Below, in pieces: positions 26,967 through 36,054 of a DNA stretch of 51,479 bases. The stretch is from Patescibacteria group bacterium. Its GTDB lineage: Bacteria > Patescibacteriota > Minisyncoccia > Phycocordibacterales > UBA9973. The position numbers and the translations under genes are program-made. The notes beneath the pieces were generated by a model that had not been told where the DNA came from, ran no database searches, and saw only the letters and a program-made list of their open reading frames with translations. Positions within the stretch are counted from its first letter, which is position 1, and the number at the start of each line of letters is the position of its first letter. Location of the stretch: assembly GCA_028868715.1 (NCBI GenBank), contig JAGWUB010000001.1:1-51479 (forward strand), in the 5' to 3' direction.

Positions 26967-28235
26967 TTAAAATTTGAGTTTTTTTATAAATTTAGCTTCC
27001 TTTTTGAAAGGCCCAATGAGAGCTAGGTTTAGCCCTTTGTCTTTAAAAATATTTTTTGCCAAAGCCTGGATTTGGTTGGCGGTCACTTTGCGTATCTCCA
27101 GAGCTTTTTCTTCCGCGCTTTTAATTTCTTTTTTTAGAAGCTCTTGCCCGCCGTAAAAATTTGCGATGTCATCACTGGACTCCAAGGTTAACTTCATATT
27201 ACCGATCAGACATTCTTTCACTTTGTTTAATTCTTCAGCGTCAACTTTTATATTTTTTAATTTTCGACATTCTTCAAGCACGGCCTCCATCACTTCATCT
27301 ATTCTTTTATTATCTACGCCTGCAGAAATCTGAAAAAATCCGTGGTCAGTGTAAGCATCGTTGTATGCTCGCACGTAATATCCCACGCCCATCTCCTCAC
27401 GTAGTTTTTGAAAAAGCCGAGAGCTCATTCCTCCGCCCAGCACTCCGCCCAGCACAGAAAGCACCGCATTATTTTTATTAAATAAATCATAAGTACGCAC
27501 CCCTAAAACAAAATGAGTTTGATCCGTTTTTTTAAATTTAACTAATACTTTTGGTTTGGTTTGTTTCTCTTTTACCTTTATTTTACCAGTCTTTTTGCCA
27601 CTTTCAGCCTTTCCAAAAACTTCGTGAACTTGTTTCAAGACTTGCTTCGGGGTGACTTTACCAGCCACTACCAAGAGCGTGGCTTTGGGAACATAATGCT
27701 CTTTTTTGTATTTCACAAAATCATCCCGTTTCATATTTAAAATATTTTTTTTCTCCCCAGCTATGTTCCAGCCAGCCGGCTGATCGCCATAAAGTAGCTT
27801 CATCATTAAGTCTTGCACGTGTCTCTGTGGCATATCTTCGTACATATTTATTTCTTCAATGATCACTCCTTTTTCTTTTTGCATTTCTGCCTCGGGGAAA
27901 GTGGAGTTTAGATATATGTCTGAGACAACATCAAAAATTTGATTGAAATGTCGCGCGTCAGACTTGGCATAATACCCTGTGTATTCTTGAGCCGTAAAAG
28001 CGTTGTACTGACTACCGAGGGCATCTAATTCTTTGGAAATATCAATGGCCTTTGGTCTTTTGACTGTGCCTTTGAAACACATATGCTCTAAAAAGTGTGA
28101 GATTCCATTCACTTTTTTTGTTTCATATTTAGATCCAGTCTCCACTAAAACGAGTACAGTCACCGTCGGGTTATCCTTCATAGGCACGACGACGATCTTG
28201 AGGCCGTTCCTTAAAACTTTTTTACTAAATTTCAT
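26967..28235 (-). CDS. M16-family (insulinase/pitrilysin-like) zinc peptidase
   Basis: It has the inverted zinc motif HFLEHMCFKGT (HxxEH) and the two-domain M16 length. Confidence 0.87.
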   Translation of the reverse strand: MKFSKKVLRNGLKIVVVPMKDNPTVTVLVLVETGSKYETKKVNGISHFLEHMCFKGTVKRPKAIDISKELDALGSQYNAFTAQEYTGYYAKSDARHFNQIFDVVSDIYLNSTFPEAEMQKEKGVIIEEINMYEDMPQRHVQDLMMKLLYGDQPAGWNIAGEKKNILNMKRDDFVKYKKEHYVPKATLLVVAGKVTPKQVLKQVHEVFGKAESGKKTGKIKVKEKQTKPKVLVKFKKTDQTHFVLGVRTYDLFNKNNAVLSVLGGVLGGGMSSRLFQKLREEMGVGYYVRAYNDAYTDHGFFQISAGVDNKRIDEVMEAVLEECRKLKNIKVDAEELNKVKECLIGNMKLTLESSDDIANFYGGQELLKKEIKSAEEKALEIRKVTANQIQALAKNIFKDKGLNLALIGPFKKEAKFIKKLKF

Positions 28236-28245
28236 TTTGACTTCA

Positions 28246-29469
28246 TTAGCTTATTCTTTCTTTTATATAATCCTGTAAATCTGAAACTTTAACTCTCTCC
28301 TGCTCGCCAGTATCGCGATCACGCACGGTCACCGTATTGTCTTCTAACGTATCAAAATCAACCACAATGCAAAATGGAGTGCCGATTTCATCTTGTCGGC
28401 GATAACGCTTGCCAATGTTGCCATTGTCGTCCCAAGCTACGCGACCAAACACAGCCTTGAGCGGCGCATAGACTTTTAGGTTGGCATATTCCACCAGCTC
28501 AGATTTATTTTTTAAAAGTGGCGACACTGCGCAAATGATCGGCGCTATGTTTGGTTTAAACTTTAGATATCCACGTACTTCATCACTTTTGGTATCTTCG
28601 GTATAAGAAGAGACGAGTAATGCGAGCACCGCACGATCTACTCCCATAGATGGTTCGATGACGTGTGGTACTATTTTTCCACCAGCATCCTCATCTATAT
28701 ATTCGAGTTTGTGAGTGCTTAAATCAAAATCTGTCCTGTAAGCAAGTCCAAAAAGTTCTTTTCGTCCAAATGGAAAATCAAACTCGAAATCAATTGTTCT
28801 TTTGGAATAGTGCGCGCGGTCCGCATCTGGCACTTCCAGCTCATGCACCTTGGCCATATCTAGCCCAAGCTCCTCCATCCAACTCAACATTTCTTCTTTC
28901 CAATATTCGAAATATTTCTCCCAGTCTTCACTTCTGATAAAATATTCTATCTCCATTTGCTCAAATTCTCGCTGGCGAAATAAAAAGTCTCGTGGAGCTA
29001 TTTCATTTCTAAAGGCCTTACCGATTTGCGCCATGCCAAACGGAAGCTTGGGGTGAAAGGCATCAACTGTATTTTTAAAATTCACAAACATACCTTGAGC
29101 AGTTTCTGGACGTAAGTATGAAGTAGCTGCCTCCTCCCCGGCGCCGACTTGAGTCTTTAGCATTGTATTAAACTGTTTACCATCTAGTGGATCAGCAAAG
29201 TTGGCCACATGACCAGTCGCCTGCCAGACTTCTTGACGCATCAAGATGGCCGCATCGACGCCATACATATCGCGCCTAGAATCCACAAATTTTTTCCACC
29301 AATTTTGTTTTATATTATTTTTCAAAGCCACGCCAAAATGACCCCAGTCAAAAGTTCCAGCTAGTCCGCCGTAAATTTCTGAACCTTGAAAAATAAAACC
29401 GCGCCTCTTGCAGAGAGACACAATTTTTTCCATTAGCTTATCACTCTCATTGTTTTTTTCTTCTTTCAT
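28246..29469 (-). CDS. glyQS: Glycine--tRNA ligase (alpha2-type, compact)
   Basis: RRGFIFQGSEIYGGLAGTFDWGHFG, class II motifs (FRNEIAPRDFLFRQREFEQME; GVDR), and a C-terminal anticodon-binding domain are present. A start at ATG 29433 (MEKIVSL) is possible. Confidence 0.9.
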   Translation of the reverse strand: MKEEKNNESDKLMEKIVSLCKRRGFIFQGSEIYGGLAGTFDWGHFGVALKNNIKQNWWKKFVDSRRDMYGVDAAILMRQEVWQATGHVANFADPLDGKQFNTMLKTQVGAGEEAATSYLRPETAQGMFVNFKNTVDAFHPKLPFGMAQIGKAFRNEIAPRDFLFRQREFEQMEIEYFIRSEDWEKYFEYWKEEMLSWMEELGLDMAKVHELEVPDADRAHYSKRTIDFEFDFPFGRKELFGLAYRTDFDLSTHKLEYIDEDAGGKIVPHVIEPSMGVDRAVLALLVSSYTEDTKSDEVRGYLKFKPNIAPIICAVSPLLKNKSELVEYANLKVYAPLKAVFGRVAWDDNGNIGKRYRRQDEIGTPFCIVVDFDTLEDNTVTVRDRDTGEQERVKVSDLQDYIKERIS

Positions 29470-29483
29470 TTTTATTTTGTAAC

Positions 29484-31424
29484 CTATTGAGCCACCACAC
29501 CACCAGAAGCTGGAAAGGCACTGTCGTCTTTTAGATCGGTACGCAAAGGTGGCTTACTGACTCTCACGTCTACATTAGCAAAATCATCATGTCCGGTCAA
29601 AACGGCATCGTTGATAATAATTGGAACGGTGTTGGCTTGAGAAATCAACGGAGTATAGCCAATCTGGAAAGATACTGTTCTTTCAGCTCCGGTAATGCCT
29701 GCTCCTTTTGGAATTCTACTAACATTCCAAACTACTTCTCTACTAGCAGAATTATAAACCACGTCTTCATTGATGGGAGAAATAGGTCCCATAAAACGTA
29801 CCCAAGTCGGTAGAACAGCGCGCATTTCCGCTTTGGAAATGCTATTGGATGTATTTGAGAGAGACCAGACTATTGTGTAAGTTGTCTCTTTTTCAACTTT
29901 TGGAGGTATTAAACCAGTGTTGGTAAATGGACCTGAATAATAAAGTGCCTTGGCGGTGAGCCCTACATCGGAAATAATTTTAACTACTTTAGAATCAGAG
30001 TTATTTAATTCCTGAGGCTGATAACCTGACACCAGCTGGTTGCCAGTAATAGCAACGTCTATATTAACGGATGGATTGGATATGATTCCATCTGTAGTAG
30101 AAAAAAGTGCAATTGGAGAGATAGAAAAATTAACAGAACCAAAGTCACCAGGGTTAATTTCTGAGAATTGACTCTGTGAAAATTTATCCCAAACGATTGT
30201 ATTTGTAAGTGAATCATAGTTACCTTGTTCAGCCGTTACTGTATTTTTGTTATAGGCATTTCCTGAAATAGTCGCTTGAATTTTTAAATCATCCACTTTG
30301 GTGTCCAAATTATTACTCCAATTAATCGTGCCTTGAATTGGCGTTTTGGAATCTACAGCATATTCACCTTGTGATACCCCATTGATTGAGAGATTAGCCT
30401 CAATGAATGGTTTCTTTACCATTACGGCATGCGTTAAAGTGTTTAAAACAACGCCTATGGCAGATTGATCGGTGCCGGATTGCGATCCGCTAGATACTCG
30501 AAAATCTTTTTCTTCTCCTTCAATGACGTTTAACATTTTGCCGGTTATGGAAATATTGCGATCCACTCCGGGAGCGAGATCACCCATACTCCAAACATTG
30601 TTACCAGTCGATGGCGGAGGCACAGCGGAGGTAAATTCAAATCCGGGCGGATAATCAACCTTCAGCAACACATTGGGTATAGATTTGGTAGCATTTAGGG
30701 TGGACTTAACGTTGAGGGTAATATTTTGATTTGGGCTTATGGTAACCGGCGCATCAACTGATAGATTTACTGGCGTAGAACTTATGGTAACTTGATAAGG
30801 TTTTTCTTTTACGAAAATTGCGTTAGAGCCAGCGACTCGATACTCAATGGAAACCTTTATGGGACGCACTGATCCCTGTTCACCAAAGAGAACCAGTTTT
30901 ACATTTTCATTCCGCACTGCTCCCGCGGGAATACTTCCTAACGATTCCCGAAAGTGCTCCGTGTTGGCAGCTAGGCTAGCATCTCCGCCCTTTGGATATT
31001 CCACTACTAAATCTACTAAGTCTAATGGAGAATTATTTCTGTTGGTAATACCTATAACCAGAGATAGATCATCTCCGCCGGCAACAAAAGTATTTCCAAG
31101 TATGGAGATATCAATATTGTTATTGGAAACAGTGTTACCAGCAAAAAAGAACACATAGGAAGCATAGCCTATGGTTAAAACAAAAAATGCTACTGAAAAA
31201 ATAAAAAATTTCTTGAATCTAGAAGTTTTCATAAAAAATTTTTCTTGATAATTTAAACCGTCAGACTCAGGCTTTTTGGCATCACCCCACGAATCCGGCA
31301 CATTGGCCTTACTGGGGTGCAAAAAACTATCTCGGTACTCAATTTTTGTCTGATAGTTCTTGCTAAAGAGCTTGGTTTTCAATTCCTCTATTCTATTTAA
31401 TTTATTCCTGTCATTTAAAGGCAT
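29484..31424 (-). CDS. Large membrane-anchored protein with repetitive beta-rich (Ig/CARDB-like) extracytoplasmic region, function unknown
   Basis: A ~70-aa cytoplasmic N-terminus and one TM helix (FFIFSVAFFVLTIGYASYVFFF) are followed by ~550 aa rich in N/S/T/V/G with repeated beta-strand patterning. Confidence 0.7.
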   Translation of the reverse strand: MPLNDRNKLNRIEELKTKLFSKNYQTKIEYRDSFLHPSKANVPDSWGDAKKPESDGLNYQEKFFMKTSRFKKFFIFSVAFFVLTIGYASYVFFFAGNTVSNNNIDISILGNTFVAGGDDLSLVIGITNRNNSPLDLVDLVVEYPKGGDASLAANTEHFRESLGSIPAGAVRNENVKLVLFGEQGSVRPIKVSIEYRVAGSNAIFVKEKPYQVTISSTPVNLSVDAPVTISPNQNITLNVKSTLNATKSIPNVLLKVDYPPGFEFTSAVPPPSTGNNVWSMGDLAPGVDRNISITGKMLNVIEGEEKDFRVSSGSQSGTDQSAIGVVLNTLTHAVMVKKPFIEANLSINGVSQGEYAVDSKTPIQGTINWSNNLDTKVDDLKIQATISGNAYNKNTVTAEQGNYDSLTNTIVWDKFSQSQFSEINPGDFGSVNFSISPIALFSTTDGIISNPSVNIDVAITGNQLVSGYQPQELNNSDSKVVKIISDVGLTAKALYYSGPFTNTGLIPPKVEKETTYTIVWSLSNTSNSISKAEMRAVLPTWVRFMGPISPINEDVVYNSASREVVWNVSRIPKGAGITGAERTVSFQIGYTPLISQANTVPIIINDAVLTGHDDFANVDVRVSKPPLRTDLKDDSAFPASGGVVAQ

Positions 31425-31462
31425 TGAGCCATTATATCATTTAAACAAGATTGAAAAAAGTT

Positions 31463-32044
31463 TTATAGATGCGTTTCTTTGAGCGCACTATTTATTTGTT
31501 TTAATATACTGTTTTTGGATTTAGAAACTTCAAGCAACATGCCTGCTTCAAATGGTGACTTGATGAGGGCCTTGAGGTTGTCATTGTCACCTATGTATCC
31601 TAAATTATTTAAAATTCGTAAGACTATGATCATTTCTGCATTTTGTAAATCCCCTTTGTCAAAAATTTTCTTTAAGGCAGATAAAGCGTGGAGTACATCT
31701 ACAAACAAAATTTCATTGGGTTCCACTCCGGCCAGCAAGCGCTTCAACAGTCGCGCCACATTATAAAAAATCTTAAGAGTTTCAGGGCGTTTAGTGACTT
31801 CTTCTAAAAGATTTGTCTTGGAGGCGCTGGTAACTCGAAAAATATTTTTACCTTGCACTAGATCAATCTTGAGGTATGCAAAATCTTGCAAAATAAAACG
31901 CAATTTCGAAGACATTTTGCGCACACCAGAAGCCGAAGCATAAATCATGCCCAGATCGCGAGTAAAAATATAATAATACTTATCTGATTCTCTAAAATTT
32001 TTACTCCCCAATATTATTCCCTCGGTGTGATAAATATGGTGCAT
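31463..32044 (-). CDS. recO: DNA repair protein RecO (short)
   Basis: The N-terminal OB-like region TEGIILGSKNFRESDKYYYIFTRDLGMIYASASGVRK...LQDFAYLKIDLV matches the RecO pattern. At 193 aa it is short, so confidence is moderate. Confidence 0.7.
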   Translation of the reverse strand: MHHIYHTEGIILGSKNFRESDKYYYIFTRDLGMIYASASGVRKMSSKLRFILQDFAYLKIDLVQGKNIFRVTSASKTNLLEEVTKRPETLKIFYNVARLLKRLLAGVEPNEILFVDVLHALSALKKIFDKGDLQNAEMIIVLRILNNLGYIGDNDNLKALIKSPFEAGMLLEVSKSKNSILKQINSALKETHL

Positions 32045-32053
32045 ATTGTATGC

Positions 32054-35000
32054 CTATATTTTATCAATTTTTACCTTAAACACCAATTCATCTATTTTTA
32101 TTTCTTGCCCAGCATTTTCTGCAAATTCTATTTTAGATACAAGTACGGTCTTTTTCATGTCCGGCTCAAATTTTTGAATCAATTTCTTGCCAACTTTACT
32201 GGTTTCAAAAGTCAGCACGACGACATCGCTCGGCGTCAGCCCTTCTTTTTTTCTCATGTCTTGTAAGCCACGCACGAGCTCACGATAATCCCCCTCTTGT
32301 TTTAAATCTTCAGTAATTTCTGTATCGAGAGTTACTTTAGTTATTCCTACTTTTATTTTCAATAGGAAAATAACATTTTTTATATTTAATTCATTCTTTA
32401 TAATTTCAATATATTGACCAGACAATCCTTCGGCCACTACCCACAGGTGATTGAGTGGCTGACGTACTTTTATGCCTGCCTTCTGACGAGCTTCGAGGCC
32501 AAGGGTAACAATATTTCTAACTGTCTCCATCTTTTCCAAAACTTTTGGCCTGCCAAAAGAAAAAAGTCTGAAGGGTTTTTTAGGCCACTTGGCAAGGTGG
32601 ACACTTTCTGGATCAGTGTCATTTTTTAATTTCAACCAAATGTCTTCTGCTGTAAAAGGCGCAAAGGGAGCCATAAGTTCTGCTAGAGTTTTTAATACAA
32701 AATGTAGAGTTTGTTTGGCTTCCTTATCTCCATCTTTAATTCGTTCGCGGGAACGACGTAAATACCAAGTGGATAAATCTCCGGTAAAATCCCTCATGGC
32801 CCTGACGGGCTCAAGGAGTTTATAGTGATCCATTTTTTTTGTAGATTCAGTAATTAAATCATCCAATCTCGCCATGATCCATTGATCGAGAATATTTTTT
32901 GATTTTGGTCGTTCTGATTTTTCTAAGCTTTTATCTCTATATAGTTCGTAAAAGGCTAGCACATTGTAAAGTAAACCGAAAACTTGTTGTTGAAGTAAAG
33001 CTACTGTCTTTTCATCAAAATTTTTAGACTCACCAGGTTGGTTCACTGCATACATCCACAGACGCAAAGTGTCCACGCCGTATTTATCCATCATTACCCA
33101 TGGATCAATGATATTACCTTGCGACTTGGACATTTTTTTACCTTTAGCATCTAGTAAGTGTCCCAAGCAAATTACATTTTTATAAGCCAGACCACGTCCC
33201 ATCAATGCTCCGACAGCGTGCAGAGTATAAAACCAGCCACGAGTCTGATCTATGGCTTCCGAGATAAAATCTGCCGGATATCCGTCCCCATCCACCCATT
33301 CTTTGTTTTCAAATGGATAGTGATCTTGCGCAAACGGCATTGCTCCAGAATCAAACCAGACATCCATGACCTCGCGAGTTCGCACTAAATCGCCACCACA
33401 GGCCTGCTCCGCCACCTTGTTGTCACAAACAAGTGTAGTCTCATCTATGTATGGACGGTGTAGATCTAATTCATAATCTGGATTATGTGGGGTAGGCACA
33501 AACGGAAGTTCGCGTACTTCGGAATTTTTAAAAGATTTAAAATCATAAACAAAAACTTCAGAGTTTTGAACTTGATATGGTTTGTTGTCTGGAACATGCA
33601 GGCCAGAATTCACAAACAAAAGCCAAGCAGGGCCACCGTGAGTTACAATTAAAATATTTTTGTCTTTGTATTTATTTTCCAACTCATACAAAACTGCCCC
33701 TGTGCGACGTGCCACATCTTGCAATGACTCTCCATTTGGAATTTTGTGATTAAACCATTCATCTCCAAACCCAAGAACATAATTATGATATTCATTCCAA
33801 GGCTTCCCGTCAAAATCGCCGACATTTAATTCCTGCAAACGTTCGTCAAAAATAACTTGTTCTTCACTTAAATTAAATTTTTCTTTTAAAATTTTAGTGG
33901 TTTCTCTGGTGCGAGTAAATGGCGAGGCGATGATAAGGTCAATTTTTTTATCTATAATTTCTGTTCCGACTTTAGCTACTTGTTCTTTGCCATGTTCAGT
34001 CAGCCTATCTTCGATTTGTTCTTTGAAGCTTACAACGCCATTGTGGTTGGCTTCGGTTCCACCATGTCGCATGACAAAATATTTGTTACCAGATTTTTTG
34101 GTTTTATTTTTTAATTCCGCAATGCTTCCGATTACGTCAATTTTTTTACAAGCTACACATTGCCATACAGGTAACGGTGTCCCCCAATATCGCTCACGAG
34201 ATATTGCCCAGTCCTTTATTTCTCGGAGCCACTCACCAAAACGTCCGTCGCGTATATGGCTTGGCTCCCAATTTATTTTTTCATTTTCGGAAATCAATTG
34301 CGATTTTATTTTTGGATCTGACATCCGGATATACCAAGAGTCTCGCGCATAGTATATGAGTGCCGTATGACAACGCCAACAATGTGGATATGAGTGCTTA
34401 TAGTTTTCTTGTTTAAAAAATAAATTTCTCTTTTTGAGATCATCGATAATATCTACGGCTAAAGTGGGTTTGCCATTTTGGTCAGCTTCTCTGACAAATC
34501 TTCCTTCTAAAAATCCGGTATTTTTTACAAATTTACCTTCGGGATCTACGAGGTGGTATTTCGGTAAACCAACTTTTGTTCCCAGCACGAAGTCATCTTG
34601 ACCATACATCACCGCCGTGTGGACGATACCAGTTCCATCGGTCGTATTTACAAAATCAGCCTCATATACCATGTAGGCTTTGTCCATTTTCTTTTTCTCG
34701 GGATCGGTTATATTGTCTGCTATAAATGGATACAGTGGTTCGTATTGCATACCAACCATTTCACTGCCCTTGTGCTCAGCGACAATTTTATAAGGCTCTT
34801 CAATAATAGCAAGGCCATCCTTGGCTAGTACCAAAATTTCATTACCGACTTTTATCTCTATATAATCAATATCTTTCCCCACCGCCAGAGCCACATTCCC
34901 CGGCAAGGTCCACGGAGTTGTCGTCCACGCCAAGAAATATCCATTTTCAACCCCTACTATTTTAAATTTTACATAAATCGATAAATCTTTTATCTCTTCA

Positions 35001-35599
35001 TATCCTTGAGCCAGCTCGTGCGAAGACAATGCCGTGCCACATCTCGGACACCAAGGCACAACTTTATAATCTTTATAAAGTAAATTTTGTTCTTCTACTT
35101 TTTTTACAATATTCCAAACAGATTCTATGTATTCGTTGTCATAGGTAATATAAGGATTTTTTTCATCCACCCAGTAGCCAGACCTTTCAGTAAATTTATC
35201 CCAGAGGTCAACATATTCCCATACGGATTCTTTACATTCTTGATTAAACTTGGCAATGCCATACTCCTCAATAGCTTTTTTGGAATTGAGTCCAAGTTTT
35301 TTTTCTACTTGAAGCTCCACTGGCAATCCATGAGTATCCCATCCACCCTTGCGACGGACGTGGAAACCTTGCATGGTTTTATATCGTGGAATTGCATCTT
35401 TGAAGGCTCGCGATTCTAGATGGTGAATCCCCGGCTTACCATTGGCGGTCGGTGGACCTTCGTAAAAAACAAATTCTCCTTTCGGTGCCGGTTTTTTCAA
35501 AGATTTTTCAAAAATCTTTTCTTTCTTCCAAAATTCTAAAACTTTCTCTTCGCGAAGAGCTGTCTCAGATTTATTATTATTTTTTTCTTCCTTTTCCAT
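32054..35599 (-). CDS. ileS: Isoleucine--tRNA ligase with an inserted histidine-phosphatase (PGAM-like) domain
   Basis: It has the HIGH region (PPTANGKPGIHHLESR), the editing-domain WTTTPWTLPGN, KMSKS (KKMSKSQGN) and WFDSGAMPF. The ORF track begins at GTG 35677 inside the T-box element, so the true start is taken as ATG 35599 (MEKEEKNNNK). The insert is described in the findings. Confidence 0.95.
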   Translation of the reverse strand: MEKEEKNNNKSETALREEKVLEFWKKEKIFEKSLKKPAPKGEFVFYEGPPTANGKPGIHHLESRAFKDAIPRYKTMQGFHVRRKGGWDTHGLPVELQVEKKLGLNSKKAIEEYGIAKFNQECKESVWEYVDLWDKFTERSGYWVDEKNPYITYDNEYIESVWNIVKKVEEQNLLYKDYKVVPWCPRCGTALSSHELAQGYEEIKDLSIYVKFKIVGVENGYFLAWTTTPWTLPGNVALAVGKDIDYIEIKVGNEILVLAKDGLAIIEEPYKIVAEHKGSEMVGMQYEPLYPFIADNITDPEKKKMDKAYMVYEADFVNTTDGTGIVHTAVMYGQDDFVLGTKVGLPKYHLVDPEGKFVKNTGFLEGRFVREADQNGKPTLAVDIIDDLKKRNLFFKQENYKHSYPHCWRCHTALIYYARDSWYIRMSDPKIKSQLISENEKINWEPSHIRDGRFGEWLREIKDWAISRERYWGTPLPVWQCVACKKIDVIGSIAELKNKTKKSGNKYFVMRHGGTEANHNGVVSFKEQIEDRLTEHGKEQVAKVGTEIIDKKIDLIIASPFTRTRETTKILKEKFNLSEEQVIFDERLQELNVGDFDGKPWNEYHNYVLGFGDEWFNHKIPNGESLQDVARRTGAVLYELENKYKDKNILIVTHGGPAWLLFVNSGLHVPDNKPYQVQNSEVFVYDFKSFKNSEVRELPFVPTPHNPDYELDLHRPYIDETTLVCDNKVAEQACGGDLVRTREVMDVWFDSGAMPFAQDHYPFENKEWVDGDGYPADFISEAIDQTRGWFYTLHAVGALMGRGLAYKNVICLGHLLDAKGKKMSKSQGNIIDPWVMMDKYGVDTLRLWMYAVNQPGESKNFDEKTVALLQQQVFGLLYNVLAFYELYRDKSLEKSERPKSKNILDQWIMARLDDLITESTKKMDHYKLLEPVRAMRDFTGDLSTWYLRRSRERIKDGDKEAKQTLHFVLKTLAELMAPFAPFTAEDIWLKLKNDTDPESVHLAKWPKKPFRLFSFGRPKVLEKMETVRNIVTLGLEARQKAGIKVRQPLNHLWVVAEGLSGQYIEIIKNELNIKNVIFLLKIKVGITKVTLDTEITEDLKQEGDYRELVRGLQDMRKKEGLTPSDVVVLTFETSKVGKKLIQKFEPDMKKTVLVSKIEFAENAGQEIKIDELVFKVKIDKI

Positions 35600-35603
35600 A
35601 TGT

Positions 35604-35800
35604 AAAATAAAAAAACTCGTCCACGTACAACAATCAAAAATTGTTATACAAGGACGAGCTTCTACTCGTGGTACCACCTTGTTTTACCGCCAATTTGACG
35701 GACTCATTACTGCTATAACGGGCTTACCCGTCGGGTTCTACTTAGTTTCCTCCCGAAGCTACGGAGTGATGACTCCTTCATCGCTTGTAACTAAACTATA
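35604..35800 (-). promoter_or_regulatory. T-box riboswitch leader of ileS (Ile specifier AUC candidate)
   Basis: Minus strand shows 'agcgatgaagg' (a Stem I start, 35778-35785) and 'ggtggtaccacgag' (the T-box sequence, 35665-35678). Immediately after comes the terminator ctcgtcc...ggacgag (35616-35658) plus a U-run, about 5 nt before the ileS ATG. The candidate specifier 'atc a' is at 35770-35767 in 'ggagtcatcactcc'. Confidence 0.72.
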
Positions 35801-35814
35801 CCACATACTAAAAT

Positions 35815-35988
35815 AAAAGGAAAACAAGGCATCTTTCGATTGCCTTGTCGCGCTTGGTGCGCTTGGTGTAGATATGTGCCGAATTTTCGGCTATAAACGG
35901 TGGATCGTGACAGGGTAGTACTTTAGGCGGATTGCTCGTCTATTTCGAGCCGTCATTTGTTCCCTTGTAACCCCTTGCAAAAAACTCT
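35815..35988 (-). ncRNA. Orphan structured RNA candidate 2 (~175 nt), family unknown
   Basis: It lies behind a 36-nt conserved element plus TATAAT (35995-36000). It ends in caaggca/tgccttg (35825-35847) plus a U-rich tract. Internal helices are gctcg/cgagc (35934-35950) and gccgaa/ttcggc (35878-35891), with a tandem 'ccaagcgc' x2. No ORF is present. Confidence 0.35.
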
Positions 35989-36006
35989 ATTTTTATTATA
36001 GACCCG

Positions 36007-36042
36007 TAAAACAAATAAACTATTGAATAGTGTGTATAACTT
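36007..36042 (-). repeat. 36-nt conserved upstream element, copy 2
   Basis: Minus strand reads aagttatacaca-ctattc-aatagtttatttgtttta, identical to copy 1 at 33/36 positions. TATAAT follows 6 nt downstream. Confidence 0.85.
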
Positions 36043-36054
36043 TTTATATGGAAA

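Noticed and set aside
35600-35677. 26-codon N-terminal extension of ileS from GTG 35677 (MVPRVEARPCITIFDCC...)
   Set aside because: These codons are the T-box sequence and terminator hairpin of the leader RNA. The conserved IleRS N-terminus begins at ATG 35599.
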